A DNA stretch of 64,000 nt from Candidatus Levyibacteriota bacterium (GCA_052034235.1 JBPOIT010000002.1:69939-133938), one strand, 5' to 3'. Shown: positions 1-8,651, counted from the first letter of the stretch. Notes: a model not told the origin generated them from the letters alone. Translations and numbers: made by a program.

Positions 1-1
1 T

Positions 2-208
2 GCAAACGGTCAAGCAAATGCAATCGAAGTGCCTGCAAAAGATGAAGTAACATTGAACCAATTGTCTCTACCTGAAACAGGTGTTGCAGCAGTCGCTTCA
101 ACGTCCAGTACAGGACTCTTTGATCTCTGCCCGGAGTGTGGCTCAGGAACACTTGCTTACGAAGAAGGTTGTAAAAAATGCTATGCCTGCGGGTATAGTG
201 AGTGTTAA
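2..208 (+). CDS. 3' end of a ribonucleotide reductase-like protein, probably class II NrdJ-type, with a C-terminal Cys-rich zinc-ribbon tail; partial, start lies outside the window
   Basis: Open frame from position 2 to TAA at 206-208; translated tail ...[29 protein letters not shown] resembles the Cys-rich C-terminal tails of ribonucleotide reductases. Confidence 0.4.
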   Translation, partial: ANGQANAIEVPAKDEVTLNQLSLPETGVAAVASTSSTGLFDLCPECGSGTLAYEEGCKKCYACGYSEC

Positions 209-211
209 AAA

Positions 212-335
212 AGAAAGAGGAAATCACGGTGTAAATCCGTGGCTGTGCCGCAACTGTTAAAGCCAGAAAACGTATGTCCGCATGTCGCGGAATCCCGAGC
301 AGGAAATCAAGGAATTATTATCCTTCTGCCTGCTT
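212..335 (+). promoter_or_regulatory. Cobalamin (B12) riboswitch #1 in the leader of the 355-1810 operon
   Basis: Core GAGGAAATCACGGTGTAAATCCGTGGCTGTGCCGCAACTGTTAAAGCCAGAAAAC matches the cobalamin riboswitch consensus (GGGAA..GGTG.AAATCC..GC.G.CCCGC.ACTGT then AGCCAG... B12-box-like); it ends at the RBS and ATG at 355. Confidence 0.7.
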
Positions 336-354
336 TCGGTAGAGGGATTTTTTT

Positions 355-735
355 ATGAAAAAAATTATTATCATTATCGTTGCGATTCTCATCTTTGCCT
401 TTGCTGGAGCATTTGCTGCGACGCAGGCTCCAACGACGCCTACTGACAAACCTCAGCCTCAAGTATCAACCGTCCCAACTAAATCAGTAATGAATGATGC
501 AGGCATTAGTTATCAAGGGAAAGAAGGTGTAGATGCGTTAACATTGCTCAAAGAAAACAATGAAGTAGAACAGAACGCTTCTGGGTTGGTAACGACTATT
601 GCTGGACGCAAAGCAGAAGACAGTAAAAGAGAATATTGGGCGTTTTACATTAACGGCAAAATGGCAGCAGTGGGACCTGCAGATTATGTAACCAAAGATA
701 CTGACAAACTTGAATGGAAGGTAGACAATTATTAA
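355..735 (+). CDS. Secreted DUF4430-like (transcobalamin-like) putative corrinoid-binding protein
   Basis: N-terminal signal peptide MKKIIIIIVAILIFAFAGAFA; C-terminal segment GVDALTLLKENNEVEQNASGLVTTIAGRKAEDSKREYWAFYINGKMAAVGPADYVTKDTDKLEWK has the DUF4430 pattern; immediately downstream of the B12 riboswitch. Confidence 0.6.
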   Translation: MKKIIIIIVAILIFAFAGAFAATQAPTTPTDKPQPQVSTVPTKSVMNDAGISYQGKEGVDALTLLKENNEVEQNASGLVTTIAGRKAEDSKREYWAFYINGKMAAVGPADYVTKDTDKLEWKVDNY

Positions 736-738
736 GCT

Positions 739-1266
739 ATGAAAAACTATTCACTTCTTTATCCTCTTAGTATCGTCTTTTTAGCTGCGTTTATGCGTAT
801 TGTGCCGCATCCAGTGAATGTTGCTCCAATTGCAGCCATGGCGCTTTTTGGTGGTGTGTATCTTGATAAGAAATATGCGCTGATAGTTCCGCTTGTTGCT
901 ATGTTTGCTTCAGATTTGTTTTTAGGTTTCCATGCAAGTATGCCAATGGTCTATGCAAGCTTTATCATAACCGGACTTATCGGTCTCTGGGTTCGCTCTC
1001 GCAAATCTGTCCCTACGGTACTGATTGCAAGCTTGAGTTCATCAATTATCTTTTTTCTGCTCACAAACTTTAACTATTGGTATGCAGCCTCTTTATATCC
1101 AAAAACATTTGTCGGGATCATCGAATCATATACAATGGCACTTCCGTTTTTTAGGAACACATTGCTAGGTGATCTTCTCTATGTAGGAGTATTCTTTGGC
1201 GGATATGAATTTTTGAAAGCAACTTTTTTCAAAACACACCCAACGATCGCTGCCCATAAAAAATAA
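739..1266 (+). CDS. Small polytopic membrane protein, ECF-transporter S-component-like (possible corrinoid uptake component)
   Basis: 175 aa with about 5-6 hydrophobic helices; 3 nt after the previous gene and 1 nt before the next; sits in the B12-riboswitch operon. The functional assignment is an inference. Confidence 0.45.
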   Translation: MKNYSLLYPLSIVFLAAFMRIVPHPVNVAPIAAMALFGGVYLDKKYALIVPLVAMFASDLFLGFHASMPMVYASFIITGLIGLWVRSRKSVPTVLIASLSSSIIFFLLTNFNYWYAASLYPKTFVGIIESYTMALPFFRNTLLGDLLYVGVFFGGYEFLKATFFKTHPTIAAHKK

Positions 1267-1267
1267 C

Positions 1268-1810
1268 ATGCCTATTTATACAAGAACTGGAGATAAAGGA
1301 GACACAGCTCTTTTTGATGGATCACGTGTTTCTAAATCGCACCCCCGTGTTGAAACGTATGCAGTTATTGACGAGCTGAATAGTGTTCTTGGGGAAGTCC
1401 TAGCGTTTATGCCTAAAAGTATTTCTAAGCAGCTCACAAAAGAACTAGAACAGATTCAGCATGATTTGTTTGCCATAGGTTCAGTTTTGGCTCTTCCGCA
1501 TCCTATGCCAGTTCAGGGTTTGGAAAAACGGCCAAAGGAGTTTGAAGAGATTATTGATTCCTTAACCAAAAAACTACCAGAACTAAAGAATTTTATCCTA
1601 CCTGGTGGAGGCAAGTCAGGATCACTTCTGCACGTTGCCAGAACCCTCGCCAGACGCGCTGAGAGGCGCGTAGTGACGCTTAAAGAGACTGATGAGGTTG
1701 ATACACATATTTTGGTATATCTCAACCGTCTTTCCGATTTGTTATTTACCATGGCGCGTTCTGTAAATCATCAAGAAAAACGTAAAGAGATTAAGTGGAT
1801 TAAAAAATAA
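1268..1810 (+). CDS. PduO-type ATP:cob(I)alamin adenosyltransferase
   Basis: N-terminus MPIYTRTGDKGDTALFDGSRVSKSHPRVETYAVIDELNSVLG matches the PduO-type ATR signature (YTRTGDKG...DELNS). Confidence 0.85.
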   Translation: MPIYTRTGDKGDTALFDGSRVSKSHPRVETYAVIDELNSVLGEVLAFMPKSISKQLTKELEQIQHDLFAIGSVLALPHPMPVQGLEKRPKEFEEIIDSLTKKLPELKNFILPGGGKSGSLLHVARTLARRAERRVVTLKETDEVDTHILVYLNRLSDLLFTMARSVNHQEKRKEIKWIKK

Positions 1811-1811
1811 A

Positions 1812-1958
1812 CGGGTGAAACCGGTGTAATTCCGGTACTGTGCCGCAACTGTAAAGTCGCCTTTGGTGACAAGTCAGATCCCCATTCCTGAAACGCAGGA
1901 TAAAGACTTCCGAGCTAGAAGCACATCATTTGCTGCAACTTCTCGGAAACGAGGAGTT
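1812..1958 (+). promoter_or_regulatory. Cobalamin (B12) riboswitch #2 in the leader of the 1964-3412 gene
   Basis: GGGTGAAACCGGTGTAATTCCGGTACTGTGCCGCAACTGTAAAG core is nearly identical to riboswitch #1; downstream AAGTCAGATCCCCATTCCTG is B12-box-like; a terminal hairpin TCTCGGAAACGAGGAG overlaps the AGGAG RBS just before ATG 1964. Confidence 0.7.
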
Positions 1959-1963
1959 TTTTT

Positions 1964-3412
1964 ATGGGTAATATTATTGAAGGACATTTCAGGCAGCACA
2001 CATACGAACCACCACAAACCATTGGCGCATTAGCGCTTTCTGAACCTGTATCGCAACGTTCTCAGCTCAGACTCGTTCGGGATATACAACCCGAACCAAA
2101 AGACGCCAATGTCGTAATGCTTAGCCGTGCGATAAGAACATCGCTGTCAGCACCTTCTGCCTCTATTGTTGATGGCGCTCGCCAGTCAGTTATAGAAACA
2201 GATCTTCAAGAACTTAGAAGTTTGCAGTGTGAGTTCGATGCTGCACTGGGACGAACATATGATTCACAAGATTTGCTGCAGCGATCGTATAATCCTGTTA
2301 TCGACGTATTGCATATGAAACAATTGCGTCGGAAAGGAGATATTGAAGGCGAACGGGCTCATATGCAAGAAATTAATCTGAATATGGAAACAAACTTACG
2401 GGAACGGTATAAGGTTTCTAAAAGTGTTATTGATTATCACATGAATGGGGGGAGATTATATTCGCAACATTTTCCTCATGAGCCGTTTGGAAAGGTATTG
2501 GAAAGAGGTGTTGAATACCGGCTGCAACATAATACACCTGAACCTGAACGTGAAGGCGTGCTGGGTGAACAAGCTGGCTGGGCAATCATTGAGAATAAAT
2601 TAACTGACCCCAAGACGAAAATTGGTTCAAAGATGACTGCATTTTCTCCACCTGGCCTGGCTAAGAATACGGCATACACGGGTAAATTTATTGATGAATA
2701 TGAATTGGCTGAGAATAAACTTGGGGAAAGATACGTCAAGCTGACTCGATATGCGGTAAAATTTGATGAGGCAGAATATGCACGCGCCGCACTATCGCTT
2801 GATCCTGATTACTTTAAGGGCTATGATGGGAGACCAAAAGATGCATGGATGTTGGCACATCCCGTTGAAGGTTCTCTCAATATTCAGGAAGATCAGATAA
2901 ATGTGAATGCAGATTTTGTTCCTGATCTTAAAAGTGGAAAATTGTTAAGCTTTTTAAACTATTATAAACATGCACTTGGCGAAGAACCAATAGATTGGAA
3001 AAAGATAGCACTGACATTTAATGCCTTTCTCAATCAATCAGATGAGGAAAGGGCAGCTTATGATAAGGGTGGAAAGGTATTGAAACATGGAGACATGCCA
3101 GTATCAATTGCAGCCATTAAAAGTGAAATTTATAAAAAAGGTATGCAGCAAGTGCGAACAGTTGTTGGGGGCGGATGTCCTCCGAATAAAGGTTTTAGTA
3201 TCACAAATAGTTTGAATACAGGCTCAAGTATTAGTGTGAGGGAACCAGGGACTGCGCAATTTAGTGTGTTCAGTAAGATGAGTACTCTTGGAAAAAAAAC
3301 CGTTCATTGCAACGAGTGTCCTAATTGCAAAGAAAAGGATATTGATGCCAAAGTTATGGGAGGTAGAATTATTTGTCCAAAGAATGGCTGCTCAGCACCG
3401 TATGCGTGTTAA
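1964..3412 (+). CDS. Uncharacterised 482-aa protein under B12-riboswitch control, with a C-terminal Cys-rich tail (CNECPNCK...CPKNGCSAPYAC)
   Basis: Long ORF directly after riboswitch #2; no signal peptide or TM segment evident; no family recognised by eye. Confidence 0.6.
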   Translation: MGNIIEGHFRQHTYEPPQTIGALALSEPVSQRSQLRLVRDIQPEPKDANVVMLSRAIRTSLSAPSASIVDGARQSVIETDLQELRSLQCEFDAALGRTYDSQDLLQRSYNPVIDVLHMKQLRRKGDIEGERAHMQEINLNMETNLRERYKVSKSVIDYHMNGGRLYSQHFPHEPFGKVLERGVEYRLQHNTPEPEREGVLGEQAGWAIIENKLTDPKTKIGSKMTAFSPPGLAKNTAYTGKFIDEYELAENKLGERYVKLTRYAVKFDEAEYARAALSLDPDYFKGYDGRPKDAWMLAHPVEGSLNIQEDQINVNADFVPDLKSGKLLSFLNYYKHALGEEPIDWKKIALTFNAFLNQSDEERAAYDKGGKVLKHGDMPVSIAAIKSEIYKKGMQQVRTVVGGGCPPNKGFSITNSLNTGSSISVREPGTAQFSVFSKMSTLGKKTVHCNECPNCKEKDIDAKVMGGRIICPKNGCSAPYAC

Positions 3413-3415
3413 TGT

Positions 3416-3565
3416 ATGAATACAAAAGAGTGTGTAACATGTTTCAAAATAATTTGTAAACAGTGCGGCTGGGAAGCTCAAGAGTGTGATGTTTTGTTGA
3501 TTCAAAAAGGGGAGATGACTGCTTGTCCTGATTGTGGGTGGAAACCAGGTGAAAAGGTCTTATAA
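3416..3565 (+). CDS. Small (49 aa) zinc-ribbon protein
   Basis: ATG 4 nt after the previous stop; MNTKECVTCFKIICKQCGWEAQECDVLLIQKGEMTACPDCGWKPGEKVL has CxxC...CxxC...CxxC spacing; below the 60-aa ORF-track threshold. Confidence 0.4.
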   Translation: MNTKECVTCFKIICKQCGWEAQECDVLLIQKGEMTACPDCGWKPGEKVL

Positions 3566-3594
3566 TGGAAGTATTATCATGCTAAGATTAAAGT

Positions 3595-4146
3595 ATGGAT
3601 AATACTCAGCAAAGACCTATACAGCAGCCGACACAGCATGTCGCGTTACCTGTGCCAGACATTCCTTCTGAAGATATAGTCAAAAAACCAGAAGAACAAT
3701 CTCAAATTAGTGGACCAAATAAAGAATTGGGACCGATGTCAGCTTCTCCAAGCGAATCAGGGGGGCAGCCTGAATCAGACGATGAAGATGAAATAAAAGT
3801 TGCCAGGCAGGAAGTAATGCTTGGGCAGAAAGTCACTCCGGCAAAAGAAGTTCCCATTTCAAAGGAGCTGCAGGAAGCAGGCGTTGAGCAGGGTTCTGAC
3901 ACTGAGCAGGAAATACCTGTCGTAGTACAACGAGCGGGTATGCGGGCAACAAGTGCTGATTCTGCGATACCAGTGTCAGCAACAGCGTCCATCAAGCTTC
4001 CGATTAGCTACGCACATGCAAAAGAACTTGACAAGCACGCTAAAATAAAAGAATCAATAAAATGGCTTGCACGATTTATCAAACGTCAGTGGGAGCGTGT
4101 GCAGTTTGTCGAAAAACATAAAGAGCAAAAATTGGAGGAACTATGA
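3595..4146 (+). CDS. Acidic, low-complexity hypothetical protein, co-transcribed with the downstream ATPase
   Basis: 183 aa rich in E, D, Q and P; its stop overlaps the next start (ATGA at 4143-4146). Confidence 0.45.
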   Translation: MDNTQQRPIQQPTQHVALPVPDIPSEDIVKKPEEQSQISGPNKELGPMSASPSESGGQPESDDEDEIKVARQEVMLGQKVTPAKEVPISKELQEAGVEQGSDTEQEIPVVVQRAGMRATSADSAIPVSATASIKLPISYAHAKELDKHAKIKESIKWLARFIKRQWERVQFVEKHKEQKLEEL

Positions 4147-6536
4147 ACTTACAGGCAGCAACACCAGACATGATTATTGGATTGTTAATAAATCTTATCC
4201 TCGCAGTTGCGATAGTAGCGATTCTGTGCGGTTTGGGATATGGCGCCTGGATTGTCTTTGTTATGTGGATGAGAAATCGGTCACGAGAGTCTCAATCTTT
4301 AAACTCCACGCTCCTGCAGGTAACCATGCCGAGAGATAACGAAGTAAAAATCGATGCTGCTGAACAACTCTTCTCAAGCCTTGCGTCACTCCGCGTAACC
4401 TGGAATTCTGACAGAATGTATTACTTTAAATCACAGCCGCAGTTGTCTTTTGAACTTGTAGGTTTACCGGGTGATATCAGATTTTATGTGAACGTGCCAA
4501 ATAAATTTAGAGATTTTGTTGAAAAGCAGATAAATGGTGCTTACCCAGACGCTGAGATTCTGGCAGTTAATGAGCCTTCAGCAAAGCAACGAGACGGTGC
4601 TGTAATTGGTACTGAATACAATATTTTTTCTGACAATGGTAAAGTTGCCTTTTACGCAATGACATTAAAGGCAGCTTCTTATTTGCCAATTCAAGTATAT
4701 AAAGAGTTGCCTGTGGATCCACTTTCATCACTTACTTCAACCCTCGCTAAGATGGGAGAAGGAGAAGGGGCAGCTATCCAATTGGTAGTGCGTTCAACTG
4801 ACAGTAAGTGGAAAAAGCTAGGAAGGTCATATCTTAGCTCTACAAAAAAAGCAGAATCAAATCCAGAGAAAGCTAGTTACAAAACAGACGCAAAAGAACT
4901 TGAAGCTATTGAAACAAATATTCAAAAAGCGGGGTTTGAAGCCGCTGTGAGGATTGTTGTATGCGCCAAAACTGAGGCTGCTGCGCAGGCACATCTGGAC
5001 ACCATTAAAAACGCGTTTAGTCAGTATAACGGGCTTAATTCGTTTCGACGCCACAGAGTTATGTTTAAGGGGCTTTTCATGACTGACTTTATTTATCGCT
5101 ATTTCCCACTCTGGGGACAGACTTCCATTTTCAGCGTTGCTGAAATAGCAACGTTGTGGCATATGCCAAATAAAGCCATTTTAACCCCAGGTGTGCATTG
5201 GTTGACAGCCAAACGTGCCCCAGCGCCTTCAAATATCGCCACAACAGGTTTGTATTTAGGAAAGAGCGTGTACCGTGGACTCATGCGTCCTGTGTTTATT
5301 GAACGTGATGACAGGCGCCGACATACTTATATTATCGGAAAAACCGGTACCGGTAAAACTGAATTTTTGAAACAGATGATTATGCAGGATATTAATGCAG
5401 GGGAAGGCTTAGCTGTTATTGATCCTCATGGAGATTTAGTCGAAGACATTTTGAAGTTAATCCCACCAAAACGTGCTGAAGACGTTATTTTGTTTGATCC
5501 TTCTGATACCGAAAGGCCGATGGGCTTTAACATGCTTGAAGCAGATACTGAGCAGCAGAAGCATTTTGTAGTTAATTCTATTATCGGTCTTATGTATAAG
5601 CTTTTTGATCCTAATAAAACCGGTATTATCGGTCCGCGTTTTGAGCATGCAATCCGTAACGCGATGCTTACTGTTATGTACGAGAAGGGGAGCACCTTTA
5701 TTGAAGTTGTTCGTGTTTTGACTGATCAGAAATTTGTAGAGGAGTTACTCCCCAAAGTGGAAGATCCTATTATTCGTCGGTACTGGACTGATCAGATTGC
5801 TCAAACATCTGACTTCCATAAGTCTGAAGTGTTGGATTACATCACCTCAAAGTTTGGAAGGTTTGTTACTAACAAAATGATTCGTAATATCATCGGACAA
5901 TCAGATAGCGCATTCCAGTTCAGAAAAGTTATGGATGAGGGCAAAATTCTGCTTATTAACCTTTCCAAAGGTAAAATCGGAGAGGAGAATGCGAGTTTCT
6001 TAGGTTTGGTTCTTGTGCCTAAAATTTTGGTTGCAGCCATGTCCAGACAGGATATTATCGATAAAGACAAAAGACGTGACTTTTTTCTTTATGTCGACGA
6101 GTTCCAGAATTTTGCAACGCCTGATTTTGCTCAAATTCTTTCTGAGGCTCGAAAATACAAACTTAATCTGATTGTTGCAAACCAGTTTATCGGACAAATG
6201 GAAGAAGAAATTAAAAACGCTATCTTTGGTAACGTGGGTACAATTGCTTCATTCCGCGTGGGTGTGACTGATGCAAACTATCTGCAGCATGAATTCTCAC
6301 CAATCTTTAATGAAGTCGATTTGGTAAATGTTGATAAGTACAATGCGTATATGCGTACCATCGTCAATGGTGAACCGGTGAGACCATTCTCAATTGATAC
6401 AACCAAAGATGTCGCTAAAGAAAAAGCGCTGGAGAATGAACGCGTTGCTGAGTTAGTGAAAGAATTATCACGTCTAAAATACGGCAAGAGTGTCGATTCA
6501 GTCGAGGCAGAAATTGCACAGCGGGCTAAGCTCTAA
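4143..6536 (+). CDS. Membrane-anchored FtsK/HerA/TraD-superfamily P-loop ATPase (TrwB/VirD4/AAA_10-like coupling-protein architecture)
   Basis: Two N-terminal TM helices (IIGLLINLILAVAIVAILCGLGYGAWIVFVMW); Walker A HTYIIGKTGTGKTEFLKQMI...AVIDPHGDL; Walker B FLYVDEFQNF; 797 aa. Confidence 0.6.
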   Translation: MNLQAATPDMIIGLLINLILAVAIVAILCGLGYGAWIVFVMWMRNRSRESQSLNSTLLQVTMPRDNEVKIDAAEQLFSSLASLRVTWNSDRMYYFKSQPQLSFELVGLPGDIRFYVNVPNKFRDFVEKQINGAYPDAEILAVNEPSAKQRDGAVIGTEYNIFSDNGKVAFYAMTLKAASYLPIQVYKELPVDPLSSLTSTLAKMGEGEGAAIQLVVRSTDSKWKKLGRSYLSSTKKAESNPEKASYKTDAKELEAIETNIQKAGFEAAVRIVVCAKTEAAAQAHLDTIKNAFSQYNGLNSFRRHRVMFKGLFMTDFIYRYFPLWGQTSIFSVAEIATLWHMPNKAILTPGVHWLTAKRAPAPSNIATTGLYLGKSVYRGLMRPVFIERDDRRRHTYIIGKTGTGKTEFLKQMIMQDINAGEGLAVIDPHGDLVEDILKLIPPKRAEDVILFDPSDTERPMGFNMLEADTEQQKHFVVNSIIGLMYKLFDPNKTGIIGPRFEHAIRNAMLTVMYEKGSTFIEVVRVLTDQKFVEELLPKVEDPIIRRYWTDQIAQTSDFHKSEVLDYITSKFGRFVTNKMIRNIIGQSDSAFQFRKVMDEGKILLINLSKGKIGEENASFLGLVLVPKILVAAMSRQDIIDKDKRRDFFLYVDEFQNFATPDFAQILSEARKYKLNLIVANQFIGQMEEEIKNAIFGNVGTIASFRVGVTDANYLQHEFSPIFNEVDLVNVDKYNAYMRTIVNGEPVRPFSIDTTKDVAKEKALENERVAELVKELSRLKYGKSVDSVEAEIAQRAKL

Positions 6537-6583
6537 GCTTCTTTTTTCCTCGTATTTTTGCTACAATCGTGAGTGTTCTAACC

Positions 6584-6656
6584 GGGCCAGTAGTTCAGTG
6601 GCTAGAACAGCTGTCTTATACACAGCATGTCGGAGGTTCGAGTCCTCCCTGGCCCA
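6584..6656 (+). tRNA. tRNA-Ile, anticodon TAT (UAU)
   Basis: Cloverleaf by hand: acceptor GGGCCAG/CTGGCCC, D-arm GTTC-AGTGGCTAG-AAC, anticodon stem GCTGT/ACAGC with loop CTTATAC (anticodon TAT at 6617-6619), T-arm GGAGG-TTCGAGT-CCTCC, discriminator A. Confidence 0.7.
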
Positions 6657-6671
6657 CTCAGGACCTAATCA

Positions 6672-7217
6672 GTGCCTGGATTTTACCTCATGAAGAAAAT
6701 CTTACTTTACGCAGCATTTAGTGTCATTATCATTGGAAGTTTAGGGGTCATTTTTAGGAATCAGATCCAAGCAACACTTTTCCCCATTAAAGAAATACAT
6801 ATCCATGCAGGATTTCAAGTTTATGAAAACGGCAAACAAAAATCCTTCGAAGATTTTGCCTACATGAACGACAAACCATGCGGTGATCACGCTCCGGGTG
6901 AACATGTTGATGAACAGCTTGAAAAAGCTCATTTGCATGAATTGGTAGGAGATGTTGTGCACGTTCATCGTGAAGGTGCAACGTGGGGAGATCTTTTTAC
7001 CAATCTAAAATATCCCCTTGAGGCAGAAAAGATTGAGGCATATGTTAATGGTGAGAAGTTACCGATGGTTTTGGCACGCAAAATCCAGCCGTATGATCGT
7101 TTGGTCGTGTTTATTGGCAATCGTGATGAAAACCTCAATAAGTATCTGGACAAACAAGTTACAAAGGATCATATTGTAAAGACGGAAAAGCGCAGCGAAC
7201 AATGCGGCAAAGTATAA
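6672..7217 (+). CDS. Membrane-anchored or secreted His-rich hypothetical protein (likely start MKKILLY at 6690)
   Basis: N-terminal hydrophobic segment; His-rich stretches (HIHAGF, HLHELVGDVVHVH); no family recognised. Confidence 0.4.
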   Translation: MPGFYLMKKILLYAAFSVIIIGSLGVIFRNQIQATLFPIKEIHIHAGFQVYENGKQKSFEDFAYMNDKPCGDHAPGEHVDEQLEKAHLHELVGDVVHVHREGATWGDLFTNLKYPLEAEKIEAYVNGEKLPMVLARKIQPYDRLVVFIGNRDENLNKYLDKQVTKDHIVKTEKRSEQCGKV

Positions 7218-7218
7218 T

Positions 7219-7770
7219 ATGAAACTACCACCAGACGCAAAAAAAGTATTTCAAGGCAAAATCTTCTCAGTTTTCCAGTGGGAGCAGGAAATGTATGATG
7301 GTACGACTGCCACGTTTGAAATGCTCAAACGTCTAGGCACAATCCAAATTATCCCAACAATAGGGGACAAAATCCTCCTATCGCACGAAGAACAGCCAAC
7401 CAAACCCAAAAGTTTTACTTTCCTCGGCGGTAGGCAGGAAACAGATGAAGAACCACTCGTGACTGCCAAACGCGAATTATTGGAGGAAGCAGGTTTAGAA
7501 TCGGAGGAGTGGGAACTTTTAAAGATCTATCACAATGACGGCAAAATTGAATGGGACGTGTATCTCTTTGCAGCGCGTAATTGCAAGAAAATTACCGAGC
7601 CAAATCTAGATGCCGGAGAAAAAATTGATGTTGTAGAAGTGAGTTGGGAGGAATTCCTCGAAAAAGTCTCAAGCGAACATTTCTGGGGTCAAATTATTGC
7701 TAATGATATTTTACGTATGCGGTTAGATTCTACTAAGCTGGAATCCTTAAAGAAGAAGTTATTACCCTAA
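7219..7770 (+). CDS. NUDIX hydrolase
   Basis: Nudix box GGRQETDEEPLVTAKRELLEEAGL (Rex4LLEExG). Confidence 0.75.
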   Translation: MKLPPDAKKVFQGKIFSVFQWEQEMYDGTTATFEMLKRLGTIQIIPTIGDKILLSHEEQPTKPKSFTFLGGRQETDEEPLVTAKRELLEEAGLESEEWELLKIYHNDGKIEWDVYLFAARNCKKITEPNLDAGEKIDVVEVSWEEFLEKVSSEHFWGQIIANDILRMRLDSTKLESLKKKLLP

Positions 7771-7790
7771 TTAATACTAATTAGTATTAT

Positions 7791-8651
7791 TTAGAGTTCG
7801 CTGAGGGTTGTGGTGTCTTTAGCTCTTTCTTGAACGTAATCTAAATATCTCTCGGTTGTTGAGAGTCTCTTATGACCGAGAATTTTTGAAAGTAGTACGA
7901 GCGAAACACCGTGTTTGAGGTGGTGTGCTACAAACGTGTGTCTCAAGTCATTCACTTTTGCATTTTCAATGCCTGCGATTCTGAAGTATCTTTCAATTGC
8001 TGTTCTGATGTTACGAACGAGGAATGGTTTGCCTGATTTGGTAACGAAAACGTGATTGTCTTCAATCTTTGGACGGATAGTCAGATATCTCTGTAATGCT
8101 TCTTTTGCTGATTTGTTAAGTGGTACAACGCGTTCTTCATGTTTTTCATGTGGGCGAATCTTGAGTGAATCATCGCGGACATCATCAGTTCTCAGATCTG
8201 CTAGTTCACCAATTCTGATGCCTGTTTGGAGAAGAAGTTCGATAATTGCGTACATTCTTGCGTCATTTCTCGCTGCGTCTCTCAGGGCACGATATTCAGT
8301 AGGTTTAAGAATTCTTGGTGCTGCGAGTTCATATTGTGGATGTGAAACTAAAAGGGAAGGATCATCGGTTATATATTCGTTTACTTTCAGGAAGCGGTAA
8401 AACGTACGTGTTGAATTAAGTTTGCGTGAAAGAGACTTCGGGGTATAACCTTTTTCTGAAAGTTTGCCCAAAAAAGCTTGGATGTCATCTTTAGAGACAT
8501 CGTTAATCTGGTGCTTTTCGAGCTCTTCAAGGAAGGAAGCAAGCTGGTCAATATCTTTGCCATATGCCAAAATCGTGGCACTGGAGTGCTTCTTGCCTTT
8601 CAAAAAATCTATAAATTCTTGGTGTGCGTCACGCACTTTTATTATTTTCAT
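7791..8651 (-). CDS. Tyrosine site-specific recombinase (XerC/XerD family)
   Basis: C-terminal catalytic region LRHTFVAHHLKHGVSLVLLSKILGHKRLSTTERYLDY (R..H..R..Y); N-terminal core-binding domain. Confidence 0.8.
   Translation of the reverse strand: MKIIKVRDAHQEFIDFLKGKKHSSATILAYGKDIDQLASFLEELEKHQINDVSKDDIQAFLGKLSEKGYTPKSLSRKLNSTRTFYRFLKVNEYITDDPSLLVSHPQYELAAPRILKPTEYRALRDAARNDARMYAIIELLLQTGIRIGELADLRTDDVRDDSLKIRPHEKHEERVVPLNKSAKEALQRYLTIRPKIEDNHVFVTKSGKPFLVRNIRTAIERYFRIAGIENAKVNDLRHTFVAHHLKHGVSLVLLSKILGHKRLSTTERYLDYVQERAKDTTTLSEL

Noticed and set aside
4067-4339. ORF 4067-4339 (+) spanning the junction of the acidic protein and the TraD-like ATPase
   Set aside because: It is an out-of-frame overlap with two tightly coupled, better-supported genes.
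6490-6693. ORF 6490-6693 (+) overlapping tRNA-Ile
   Set aside because: It overlaps a well-folded tRNA and the start of the next gene, so it has no support.
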